Below are positions 7,791 to 16,219 of a stretch of DNA of 64,000 bases, one piece after another. Origin of the DNA: Clostridia bacterium (GTDB taxonomy: Bacteria; Bacillota; Clostridia; Oscillospirales; Acutalibacteraceae). The first letter of the stretch is position 1, and each line of letters starts with the position of its first letter. The translations under genes were made by a program, and so were the position numbers. Location of the stretch: NCBI GenBank assembly GCA_017516965.1, contig JAFXAP010000011.1, positions 61,219 to 125,218 on the forward strand. Direction: 5' to 3'. Under the pieces are notes generated by a model. That model was not told where the DNA came from. It was given only the letters and a program-made list of their open reading frames with translations, and ran no database searches.

Positions 7791-7935
7791 AAATTCACTA
7801 TACGTAATCGGTATAGTTTTTGAAAACTACACTCAAAGCTATCCCGATTTTGCGGTATTTTTGCACCTCGCTTTCTATATCTGTTTACGGGTGCATTTTA
7901 ACAGAAAAACAGAGCTATAACAAACGTGCGAACAT

Positions 7936-7972
7936 ACAAAAAGCCCACTACCGAATTTCTAGGGTAGTGGGC
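7936..7972 (-). terminator. Rho-independent terminator (downstream of ppdK on the minus strand)
   Basis: A perfect 10-bp stem, GCCCACTACC (7943-7952) with GGTAGTGGGC (7963-7972), is followed on the minus strand by TTTTTG. Confidence 0.75.
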
Positions 7973-8117
7973 TAAATGCTTGATTTTACTAGCTAAATCC
8001 ACACTTCAACGGTTATATCGTCGAAGGAGTGGAGTCGCTGGTTCGGGCGGAATGCTTTGATGAAATCTTCAGCATTTTCCCGATTGAGTTGGAACTGAAA
8101 TGCTCGGATTTTTCCGA

Positions 8118-10748
8118 TTACTTCATTTCCTTTATAGCAGCCTGAGCAGCAGCAAGACGAGCGATCGGCACACGGAATGGTGAGCATGATACATAATCAA
8201 GACCAATCTTGTGGCAGAATTCTACAGATACTGGGTCGCCGCCGTGTTCACCGCATATACCACAGTGCATTGTAGGACGAACCTTTTTACCAAGAGTAAC
8301 AGCCATATCCATAAGTTTGCCAACACCGTTTTGGTCAAGTTTAGCAAATGGATCGTTTTCATAAATCTTGCTATCATAGTAAGCTGTAAGGAACTTACCA
8401 GCGTCATCACGGCTGAAACCGAATGTCATCTGGGTAAGGTCGTTTGTACCGAAGCAGAAGAATTCAGCTTCTTTAGCGATTTCATCAGCTGTAAGGCAAG
8501 CACGTGGAATTTCCATCATAGTACCAACTTCGTACTTGAGGTCTACGCCTGCAGCAGCGATTTCAGCGTCAGCAGTAGCAACAACGATGTCTTTAACAAA
8601 CTTCATTTCCTTAACTTCGCCGGTAAGAGGAATCATAATTTCAGGAACAAGGTTCCAATCAGCGTGAGCCTTTTTAACTTTGATAGCAGCGCGAATTACA
8701 GCCTTAGTCTGCATAGCAGCAATTTCAGGATAGGTAACTGCCAAACGGCAACCACGGTGACCCATCATTGGGTTAAACTCGTGAAGACCTGTAATGATAT
8801 TTTTGATATCAGCAACAGTTTTGCCCTGAGCAGCAGCCAAAGCTTCAATGTCAGCTTCTTCGGTAGGAACAAACTCATGAAGAGGTGGATCAAGGAAACG
8901 AATGGTTACTGGGCAGCCTTCAAGCGCTTCGTAAAGTTTTTCAAAGTCGCCTTGCTGATAGGGGAGAATCTTGTTAAGAGCAGCTTCACGCTCTTCTACA
9001 GTGTCAGCACAAATCATTTCACGGAAAGCAGCAATTCTGTCAGCTTCAAAGAACATATGCTCTGTACGGCAAAGACCGATACCTTCAGCACCCAATTCAC
9101 GAGCTTTTTTAGCGTCTGCAGGTGTGTCAGCATTTGTGCGAACCTTAAGTGTACGGAACTCATCAGCCCAAGCCATAATACGACCAAATTCACCAGCGAT
9201 TTCAGCGTCAACAGTTGGGATGATACCGTCATAAATGTTACCGGTAGAACCATCAATAGAGATAAAGTCACCTTCGTTATAGGTTTTGCCTGCAAGTGTG
9301 AACTTTTTGTTTTCTTCGTCCATAATGATGTCGCCGCAACCAGATACACAGCAAGTACCCATACCACGAGCAACAACGGCAGCGTGAGAAGTCATACCGC
9401 CACGAACTGTAAGAATACCCTGAGAAGCCTTCATACCTGTGATGTCTTCAGGTGAGGTTTCAAGACGAACAAGAATAACCTTTTCGCCACGAGCGTTCCA
9501 AATTTCAGCATCTTCAGCAGTAAACACAACCTTACCGCAAGCAGCACCAGGAGATGCGCCAAGACCCTTGCCTGCAGGTGTAGCAGCCTTAAGAGCTTTT
9601 GTATCAAACTGTGGATGGAGAAGTGTGTCAAGGTTACGAGGATCGATCATAGCAACAGCCTGTTTCTTGTCGATCATGCCTTCATCAACGAGGTCACAAG
9701 CAATCTTAAGAGCAGCTTTAGCTGTACGCTTACCGTTACGTGTCTGAAGCATATAGAGTTTGCCGTCTTCTACGGTGAATTCCATATCCTGCATATCACG
9801 GTAGTGGTCTTCAAGAATTGCACATACCTTGTTAAATTCTTCAAAAGCTTGAGGGAATTTCTCTGCCATTTCAGCAATTGGCATTGGTGTACGAACACCT
9901 GCAACAACGTCTTCACCCTGAGCATTGGTGAGGAACTCACCCATAAGACCAGGTTCACCGGTAGCAGGGTCACGTGTAAATGCAACACCGGTACCACAGT
10001 TGTCACCCATGTTACCAAATGCCATCATCTGCACGTTAACAGCGGTACCCCAAGAATATGGAATATCGTTGTCACGACGGTAAACGTTTGCACGGGGGTT
10101 GTCCCATGAACGGAAAACTGCTTCGATAGCGCCCATAAGCTGTTCTTTAGGATCGGTAGGGAAGTCTTTACCAATCTTTGATTTATATTCAGCTTTAAAC
10201 TGTGTTGCAAGTTCTTTAAGATCGTCAGCGGTAAGCTCAACGTCCAAAGTAACACCTTTTTCTTCCTTCATTTTGTCGATAAGCTCTTCAAAATACTTCT
10301 TACCAACTTCCATAACTACGTCAGAATACATCTGAATGAATCTGCGGTAGCAGTCATAAGCCCAACGAGCATTTCCGCTCTTTGCAGCCATTGTTTCAAC
10401 AACGTCTTCGTTAAGACCAAGGTTAAGAATGGTATCCATCATACCGGGCATAGATGCGCGTGCACCTGAACGAACAGAAACGAGCAATGGATTTTCTTTG
10501 TCGCCAAACTTTTTGCCGGTAACACCTTCCATTTTAACGATATATTCCATAATTTGTGCCTGGATTTCATCGTTAATCTTTCTGCCATCTTCGTAGTACT
10601 GTGTGCAAGCTTCGGTAGAAACTGTGAAACCCTGTGGTACAGGAAGACCAATTTTTGTCATTTCTGCAAGGTTTGCACCCTTACCGCCAAGAAGCTCACG
10701 CATTGATGCGTCGCCTTCGCTAAAAAGGTAAACATACTTGTGACTCAT
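8118..10748 (-). CDS. ppdK: Pyruvate, phosphate dikinase
   Basis: 876 aa. It starts MSHKYVYLF..GGKGANLAEM, carries the phospho-histidine motif GGMTSHAAVVARGMG, and has a PEP-utilising C-terminal TIM domain (GICGEHGGDP). Confidence 0.95.
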   Translation of the reverse strand: MSHKYVYLFSEGDASMRELLGGKGANLAEMTKIGLPVPQGFTVSTEACTQYYEDGRKINDEIQAQIMEYIVKMEGVTGKKFGDKENPLLVSVRSGARASMPGMMDTILNLGLNEDVVETMAAKSGNARWAYDCYRRFIQMYSDVVMEVGKKYFEELIDKMKEEKGVTLDVELTADDLKELATQFKAEYKSKIGKDFPTDPKEQLMGAIEAVFRSWDNPRANVYRRDNDIPYSWGTAVNVQMMAFGNMGDNCGTGVAFTRDPATGEPGLMGEFLTNAQGEDVVAGVRTPMPIAEMAEKFPQAFEEFNKVCAILEDHYRDMQDMEFTVEDGKLYMLQTRNGKRTAKAALKIACDLVDEGMIDKKQAVAMIDPRNLDTLLHPQFDTKALKAATPAGKGLGASPGAACGKVVFTAEDAEIWNARGEKVILVRLETSPEDITGMKASQGILTVRGGMTSHAAVVARGMGTCCVSGCGDIIMDEENKKFTLAGKTYNEGDFISIDGSTGNIYDGIIPTVDAEIAGEFGRIMAWADEFRTLKVRTNADTPADAKKARELGAEGIGLCRTEHMFFEADRIAAFREMICADTVEEREAALNKILPYQQGDFEKLYEALEGCPVTIRFLDPPLHEFVPTEEADIEALAAAQGKTVADIKNIITGLHEFNPMMGHRGCRLAVTYPEIAAMQTKAVIRAAIKVKKAHADWNLVPEIMIPLTGEVKEMKFVKDIVVATADAEIAAAGVDLKYEVGTMMEIPRACLTADEIAKEAEFFCFGTNDLTQMTFGFSRDDAGKFLTAYYDSKIYENDPFAKLDQNGVGKLMDMAVTLGKKVRPTMHCGICGEHGGDPVSVEFCHKIGLDYVSCSPFRVPIARLAAAQAAIKEMK

Positions 10749-10940
10749 TGCGAATCAACCTCCTAATAATTTATGGATTTAAAATCCAATTTTAACTTAA
10801 TTATACCCATTTCTATGGTATCTAATGAATTATACCAAAAAACTTTCAAAAAATAAAGTCTTTTTTTACAAAAAATGTAAATTTAAACACTTTTTTAATA
10901 AAATTTAAATCTTTAGTGTAAAAAATAGCAATTTTGCACT

Positions 10941-10973
10941 AAAAAACACCGTCCATTATTTAAATGAACGGTG
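10941..10973 (-). terminator. Rho-independent terminator after the ECF S-component gene
   Basis: CACCGTCCATT pairs with AATGAACGGTG (one mismatch) and is followed on the minus strand by TTTTTT. Confidence 0.65.
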
Positions 10974-10984
10974 CAAATAATGTA

Positions 10985-11572
10985 TTATTTGTCTTTTACA
11001 AAAGTCATAACCTTTAATATAACAGGTGCTAATATAATATTTATTAACAATTCAAATATAAAATTGCCGCCTGCAAGTCCTAAGAACATATACTGAACAG
11101 CGTTGTTGAAACCATTTGCAAGACCCCATTCGGTTACTGCGCTCATAAAGAAAAGTTTACAACCAATTAGAAATACTCCGGTGTTCACAACCGGGCATAC
11201 AACTGCAGCAGCAATAACTGCCAAATATTTGTTTTTGTTTTCAAATAAATTGTAGATAAGCCCTGCACACAGTCCGCACAAAGTACCTTTAACCAAAACG
11301 GTAGCAATTGTACCCGGTACGTTAATTGAATAAAAAGCAGCCGCATCTCCGCTTACAAGTACCACAACACCAAAGATAAAGCCAAGCCAAGCACCTATTT
11401 TGTAGCCGCACATTGCCGCGCCCAAAACAATTGGTACAAGAACCAGTGATACTGAAAAAGGTCCAAGTTTAATGAAAGAACCCAAAAGTTGTAATATCAC
11501 TACAAGCGCTGTAAGAACAGCGCCAAGAACAAGCTTTTTTGTTGTTTGTTGTCTATTGTTTGTTTTTGTCAT
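10985..11572 (-). CDS. ECF-transporter substrate-binding (S) component, substrate unknown
   Basis: 195 aa with about six TM segments, Gly-rich helices and a short polar N-terminus, which fits S components of energy-coupling-factor transporters. No EcfA or EcfT gene is adjacent. Confidence 0.55.
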   Translation of the reverse strand: MTKTNNRQQTTKKLVLGAVLTALVVILQLLGSFIKLGPFSVSLVLVPIVLGAAMCGYKIGAWLGFIFGVVVLVSGDAAAFYSINVPGTIATVLVKGTLCGLCAGLIYNLFENKNKYLAVIAAAVVCPVVNTGVFLIGCKLFFMSAVTEWGLANGFNNAVQYMFLGLAGGNFIFELLINIILAPVILKVMTFVKDK

Positions 11573-11643
11573 AAAAATTACCTCCGATACTGCCCAGTAT
11601 GGTGCAGTTCATAAAATTTTGACATATTATATTTACTGATAAA

Positions 11644-12729
11644 TCAGTTATGTCTATGAATACGCATAAATTCCATATAATTAATCCATGCGTGACGTGA
11701 TAAAAAGTGTGTAGTAGCTGTCATGCTAAAGCCAACATTGCCCTCAAGTAATTTTTCACCAGGGTTAAGATATTGGTCACACTTCTGCAAACCAACAAGA
11801 CCTAAATTTTCCCAAGCCTCGCTTGCAGCAAGACAGCAAAGCTGTTCACCCTTTTGGTCAGCCCAAAAGTCCAACTCAGCAGCAGTTACGCACACATTGC
11901 GTGGCGCAATACTTGCTACAAGATAATGTTGGTCAAAGTTGGTTCCGTAATTTTGCTTAGCATATTTTAAATAATTTTTACAGAACCAATAGGGGAATAC
12001 TCTTGTAATTCTTTCAACGGTTTCACCACGATATTTTTCTTCAACGGCATAGTTGCCACCGCTATCAGCAAGTCCCGAGTTGCCACGCGAAAGTGTATCA
12101 CCACTGCAACCTGCATTATTAGACAAAGAAAAAGTAAATCTTTCATCTAACATACCTGTAACTAAAGCAGTTTTACCAAGGCGTGATTGACCAACAATAG
12201 CAATATTATTTTCGTCAACGCAATCCAATGTAAGCGCGTAATCAAGCACACGCATATTACCAAAAGCCCAAAGACCAATTTTGCCACAGTCGGTGTCGTC
12301 TTGTCTTCCGTTTGGAAATACAAGCGGAGCAATACCTGTGGTAAAATCACCGTCGTCACTAGTTATATCGGTATAAGTAAATATGATTAGGTTATAACCA
12401 TTTTCAACAATTTCTTCTTCGGGAACAAAATTACCTGGGTATCTGCCAGCAATATGAAGTATTGTTGGGTGCTTTTTACCATCGGTGTGCAAAAATTGGT
12501 TAATAGGGAAAGTGTGAGAACCGTTTTTATTTGTTAAGGTAAAATCAACGGTTGAATAGATAACTTCACCTTTTGCAAGACGACCATCTTTGCGTTTGTA
12601 ATTTGAAATTTCCCATTTAAAATTATTTTGCGGTAAATATCCATATTCTTCGCGCTGCAATATTTCAACCATTTCTTCGCGTGAAAGCAGTGGTGGAAGA
12701 TTACGGTTTAATAATTCTTGTTTTAACAT
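11644..12729 (-). CDS. Alpha/beta-hydrolase, CE15 glucuronoyl-esterase-like (paralog 1 of 3), no signal peptide
   Basis: GQSRLGKTAL (compare the CE15 G-C/H-S-R-x-G nucleophile motif), DERF...SNNAGCSGD..SRG, FDQHYLVASIAPR and C-terminal HFLSRHAW. Confidence 0.6.
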   Translation of the reverse strand: MLKQELLNRNLPPLLSREEMVEILQREEYGYLPQNNFKWEISNYKRKDGRLAKGEVIYSTVDFTLTNKNGSHTFPINQFLHTDGKKHPTILHIAGRYPGNFVPEEEIVENGYNLIIFTYTDITSDDGDFTTGIAPLVFPNGRQDDTDCGKIGLWAFGNMRVLDYALTLDCVDENNIAIVGQSRLGKTALVTGMLDERFTFSLSNNAGCSGDTLSRGNSGLADSGGNYAVEEKYRGETVERITRVFPYWFCKNYLKYAKQNYGTNFDQHYLVASIAPRNVCVTAAELDFWADQKGEQLCCLAASEAWENLGLVGLQKCDQYLNPGEKLLEGNVGFSMTATTHFLSRHAWINYMEFMRIHRHN

Positions 12730-12742
12730 ATTGCTACCTCTT

Positions 12743-13837
12743 TTATTTGTTTAGATGTTTGCGCATAAATTCCATATAATTAATCCATGCGTGACGTGAT
12801 AAGAAATGCATTGTAGGCGCCATAAATAATCCAACGTTACCATCAAGCAATTTTTCGCCACCTGTAAGGTAGTGGTCGCACTCCTGCATACCGTCAAGTC
12901 CCATATTTTCCCAGGCTTTAGCTGCCGCCATACAGCAAAGCTGTTGTGATTTTTGGTCAGCCCAGTAGTCAAGTTCTGCGGCATTTACGCAAATCTTACG
13001 AGGCGCAATACTTGCTAAAACAAAGTGCTGGTCAAAGTTGTCGCCATAGTTTAACTCGCCGTGTTTTTTATAGTTTTCACAAAACCAGCAAGCTGCCCAG
13101 ATTGATGTAAGGTTAGAAATAATTTCGCCTCGAAACTCTTGTTCTACCTTGTAATTACTGTTTTCATCTGGAAGACCTGAACCGCCACGAGCGATTGCAT
13201 CGCCACTGCAACCTGCATTGTTCGACAATACAAATGAAAAACGTTCATCCATCATTCCGGTAAAGAGCGCTGTTTTTCCAAGACGCGAGTGACCAAGAAT
13301 TGCTACGTTTTTGCTGTCGGTATTGGGTAGAGTAAGCACATAATCTAATACACGCATATTTGCAAAAGCCCAAAGACCAATTTTACCGCAATCGGTTTCG
13401 TTTTGTCTGCCATTTGGGAATATAAGTGGCGCAATGCCTGTCGAAAAATCGGGGTCATCACTTGTTATGTCGGTATAACAATAAGTAATAATGTCAAATT
13501 CTTGCTCGGCAAGTTCTTCTATAGGGAAGTATTTATCGGGTACTTGTTTATCAATGTTGATGCAAATAATTACAGGACGCTTTTTATCATCCTGATGCAA
13601 AAGTCGATAAACAGGAAAGGTGTGACTACCGTTTTTGTTGATAAGGGTAAGATCAACACTTGACAAAAAAACATTACCTTTTGAAAAACGGCGCTCAATT
13701 ATTTTTTCATTAGAAACTGACCATTCAAAGTCGTTTTTTGGAAGATAACCATACTCTTCACGCTGCATGATTTCTAACATTTCTTCACGTGAAAGCAGTG
13801 GTGGAAGATTGCGTTCTAATAAGTCTTGGTTTAACAT
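12743..13837 (-). CDS. Alpha/beta-hydrolase, CE15 glucuronoyl-esterase-like (paralog 2 of 3)
   Basis: GHSRLGKTAL, DERFSFVLSNNAGCSGDAIARGG and FDQHFVLASIAPR. It aligns along its whole length with the two neighbours. Confidence 0.6.
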   Translation of the reverse strand: MLNQDLLERNLPPLLSREEMLEIMQREEYGYLPKNDFEWSVSNEKIIERRFSKGNVFLSSVDLTLINKNGSHTFPVYRLLHQDDKKRPVIICINIDKQVPDKYFPIEELAEQEFDIITYCYTDITSDDPDFSTGIAPLIFPNGRQNETDCGKIGLWAFANMRVLDYVLTLPNTDSKNVAILGHSRLGKTALFTGMMDERFSFVLSNNAGCSGDAIARGGSGLPDENSNYKVEQEFRGEIISNLTSIWAACWFCENYKKHGELNYGDNFDQHFVLASIAPRKICVNAAELDYWADQKSQQLCCMAAAKAWENMGLDGMQECDHYLTGGEKLLDGNVGLFMAPTMHFLSRHAWINYMEFMRKHLNK

Positions 13838-13850
13838 ATTGCTTCCTCTT

Positions 13851-14945
13851 TTATTTATTTAGATGTTTACGCATAAATTCCATATAGTTATTCCATGCGT
13901 GACGTGATAAGAAATGCATTGTAGGTGCCATAAAGAAGCCAACGTTGCCGTCAAGTAATCTCTCGCCGCTTGTAAGGTAGTGGTCACATTCCTGTATACC
14001 GTCAAGTCCCATATCTTCCCAAGCCTTAGCCGCTGCCATACAGCAAAGTTGTTCACTTTTTTGATCAGCCCAGTAGTCTAACTCTGCGGCATTTACGCAA
14101 ACATTACGAGGCGCAATACTGCCAAGTAAAAAGTGTTGATCAAAATCAGTGCCATAGCCTTGCTCTGCATAGTTTTTATAGTTAGCACAAAACCAGTATG
14201 GGAATACACGGGTTATTACTTCAATATTTTCGCCGCGGAACTCTTTTTCAATTAAAAAATTTCCTTCATCATCGAATTGAATACCTGTACCGCCACGGGC
14301 AATAGCATCACCTGCGCAACCGGCATTATTTGAGAAAACGTGTGTAAAACGTTCATCTAACATACCTGTAACTAATGCGGTTTTACCAAGGCGTGAATGA
14401 CCAAGTATTGCAATATTTTTATTATCAGTACCGTCCAGTGTAAGCACGTAATCAAGAACACGCATATTAGCAAAAGCCCAAAGACCAATTTTGCCGCAAT
14501 CGGTATCATTTTGTCGGCCGTTAGGAAAAACGAGTGGCGCGATACCTGTTGTAAAATCATCATTATCGCTTGTTATATCGGCATAGCAATATGTAATTAT
14601 ATCAAATTCCTGTTCGGCAAGTTCTTCTATAGGGAAGTATTTATCAGGTACTCGTTTATCAATGTTAATGCAAAGAATAACAGGGTGTTTTTTGCCATCT
14701 TGGTGTAAAATTTTGTGGACAGGGAAGGTATGACTACCGTTTTTGTTGGTTAGGGTAAAATCAACGCTTGAATGAAATACAGTACCTTTTGCAAAACGAC
14801 GTTCAATAATTTTTTCATTAGAAACTGACCATTCAAAATCATTTTTTGGTAAATAACCATAAACCTCACGTTGCATGATTTCAATCATATCTTCACGTGG
14901 TAAAAGTGCGGGGAGATTACGATTTTTAAGTTCTTGTTTTAACAT
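13851..14945 (-). CDS. Alpha/beta-hydrolase, CE15 glucuronoyl-esterase-like (paralog 3 of 3)
   Basis: GHSRLGKTAL, DERFTHVFSNNAGCAGDAIARGG and FDQHFLLGSIAPR. Its C-terminus FMAPTMHFLSRHAWNNYMEFMRKHLNK is nearly identical to that of paralog 2. Confidence 0.6.
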   Translation of the reverse strand: MLKQELKNRNLPALLPREDMIEIMQREVYGYLPKNDFEWSVSNEKIIERRFAKGTVFHSSVDFTLTNKNGSHTFPVHKILHQDGKKHPVILCINIDKRVPDKYFPIEELAEQEFDIITYCYADITSDNDDFTTGIAPLVFPNGRQNDTDCGKIGLWAFANMRVLDYVLTLDGTDNKNIAILGHSRLGKTALVTGMLDERFTHVFSNNAGCAGDAIARGGTGIQFDDEGNFLIEKEFRGENIEVITRVFPYWFCANYKNYAEQGYGTDFDQHFLLGSIAPRNVCVNAAELDYWADQKSEQLCCMAAAKAWEDMGLDGIQECDHYLTSGERLLDGNVGFFMAPTMHFLSRHAWNNYMEFMRKHLNK

Positions 14946-14959
14946 AAAGACACCTCTTG

Positions 14960-15724
14960 TTATCTGTTCTTTTCATATATTTCACGCAAACCGTCAAGAA
15001 GCAGATTTGCGTTGTAGATAATATCATGTTCACAGTGAACAATTATATCTTTGGAAAGTCCACCTGTAGCAACAATTGTTGGTTTTTTACCAAGCTCTTG
15101 AGTAATACGGTTAAGCAAACCGTCAAGCATTGCAGCGGTGCCGTAAATTAGTCCTGATTTCATACAGTCAACGGTATTTGAGCCAATGACCGATTTTGGA
15201 GCGTTAATGTCAATTGAAGGAAGTTGCGCTGTGTTTTCGGTGAGTGCTTTAAGAGTAAGACGCACACCTGCAGAAATTACACCGCCAAGATAAGCGCCAT
15301 TGCCATCAATTACACTGATTGTTGATGCAGTGCCCATATCAATAACAACGCAAGGTAAGGTATATTCACTTATTGCGCCCACGGCACCTGCAACAAGATC
15401 TGCGCCCAGTTGAGCAGGGTTATCGATTTTGATATTAAGACCTGTTTTCACACCGGGACCAAGTTCAAGCGGTACAATATCGCAAAGCAATGACACAGCA
15501 TTACAAACTGCTCCGCCAACAGAAGGCACAACCGATGAGATTATACAATCTTCAATTTTATCAGCCTTAAGGCCGTGAAGTTCTAAAATGTTTTTAATTT
15601 CAACAGCGTATTGATCTGATGTTGTTCCTTGGGCTGTCGCAAGTCTTGCTGTAAAACACAAAATATCATCGTCATATGCGCCAAGGGTGATATTTGTATT
15701 GCCAATATCAATAGTGAGTAGCAT
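14960..15724 (-). CDS. coaX: Type III pantothenate kinase
   Basis: MLLTIDIGNTNITLG.., the ..VIDMGTASTI.. motif and ..ATGGLS.. give the ASKHA fold typical of CoaX. 254 aa. Confidence 0.9.
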   Translation of the reverse strand: MLLTIDIGNTNITLGAYDDDILCFTARLATAQGTTSDQYAVEIKNILELHGLKADKIEDCIISSVVPSVGGAVCNAVSLLCDIVPLELGPGVKTGLNIKIDNPAQLGADLVAGAVGAISEYTLPCVVIDMGTASTISVIDGNGAYLGGVISAGVRLTLKALTENTAQLPSIDINAPKSVIGSNTVDCMKSGLIYGTAAMLDGLLNRITQELGKKPTIVATGGLSKDIIVHCEHDIIYNANLLLDGLREIYEKNR

Positions 15725-15803
15725 AAATCAAATTCTCCTTATTGCTTATTCGCGATTATTATATATTAAATATATCTAAAAATCAACAAAAATACAAAAA
15801 AAG

Positions 15804-15831
15804 TTGACATTTAAAAAATTTATGTTATAAT
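15804..15831 (+). promoter_or_regulatory. SigA-type promoter of the rpsF-ssb-rpsR operon
   Basis: TTGACA (15804-15809), a 16-nt spacer, then the extended -10 TGTTATAAT (15823-15831). Confidence 0.7.
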
Positions 15832-15923
15832 GTTAGTCGCTGATTAAGATTTTTTTGCTTAATTTAGCTCCTTGCCCCGTGCAAAATGCGCGGAGCCATT
15901 AGACCAGAAGGAGGTGCAACGAA

Positions 15924-16205
15924 ATGACCAACAAGTATGAGGTAGCTCTTATTCTTTCAGTGGCAAACGGTGATGAAGCTGTTAACGCTCTTAAAGAAAA
16001 GTTCAATGACCTTATGGCTAAAAACGGTACGGTCGAAAATGTTGACGAATGGGGTAAGCGCAGACTTGCATATCCTATTAACGACGAGACTGAAGGTTAC
16101 TACATCTTCACAACTATGACCAGTGAACCGTCACTCCCTGCAGAGCTTGAGCGTATTGCAGGCATTACCGAAGGCGTTCTTCGCATTATGGTAATAAGAA
16201 AGTAA
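15924..16205 (+). CDS. rpsF: 30S ribosomal protein S6
   Basis: YEVALILS...WGKRRLAYPI. 93 aa, with a GGAGGTG SD. Confidence 0.95.
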   Translation: MTNKYEVALILSVANGDEAVNALKEKFNDLMAKNGTVENVDEWGKRRLAYPINDETEGYYIFTTMTSEPSLPAELERIAGITEGVLRIMVIRK

Positions 16206-16219
16206 TGGAGGAATTTTAA

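Larger units (their letters stand above)
1..7990. mobile_element. Terminal segment of an integrated mobile element (ICE / conjugative-transposon-like backbone with cargo modules). The left part runs off the window and the right boundary is approximate.
   Basis: Holds a ParB-like gene, a PC4/YdbC-like gene, TnpV, a small Clostridia mobile-element protein, an RM system and XRE regulators. G+C is mosaic: I counted 32/60 G+C at nt 1-60, 23/60 at 2101-2160, 18/60 at 6401-6460 and 31/60 at 7681-7740. Housekeeping genes start at ppdK (8118). No integrase lies in the window. Confidence 0.55.

Noticed and set aside
7993-8187. A 64-aa minus-strand ORF overlapping the ppdK 3' end
   Set aside because: Its only start codon lies inside ppdK and it has no SD. 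The part downstream of ppdK may be a gene remnant (see the finding) but it is not an intact gene.
8211-9455. A 414-aa plus-strand ORF antisense to ppdK, plus several other antisense ORFs within 8118-10748
   Set aside because: It lies entirely within the strongly supported ppdK gene. This is the usual long antisense frame of a codon-biased gene. It shows no motifs.
11573-11643. A possible riboswitch upstream of the ECF S-component gene
   Set aside because: The gap is only about 70 nt. It holds a weak 5-bp hairpin (ACTGC..GCAGT) and matches no aptamer consensus I know (preQ1, THF, FMN or TPP). It is more likely plain intercistronic sequence within the operon.
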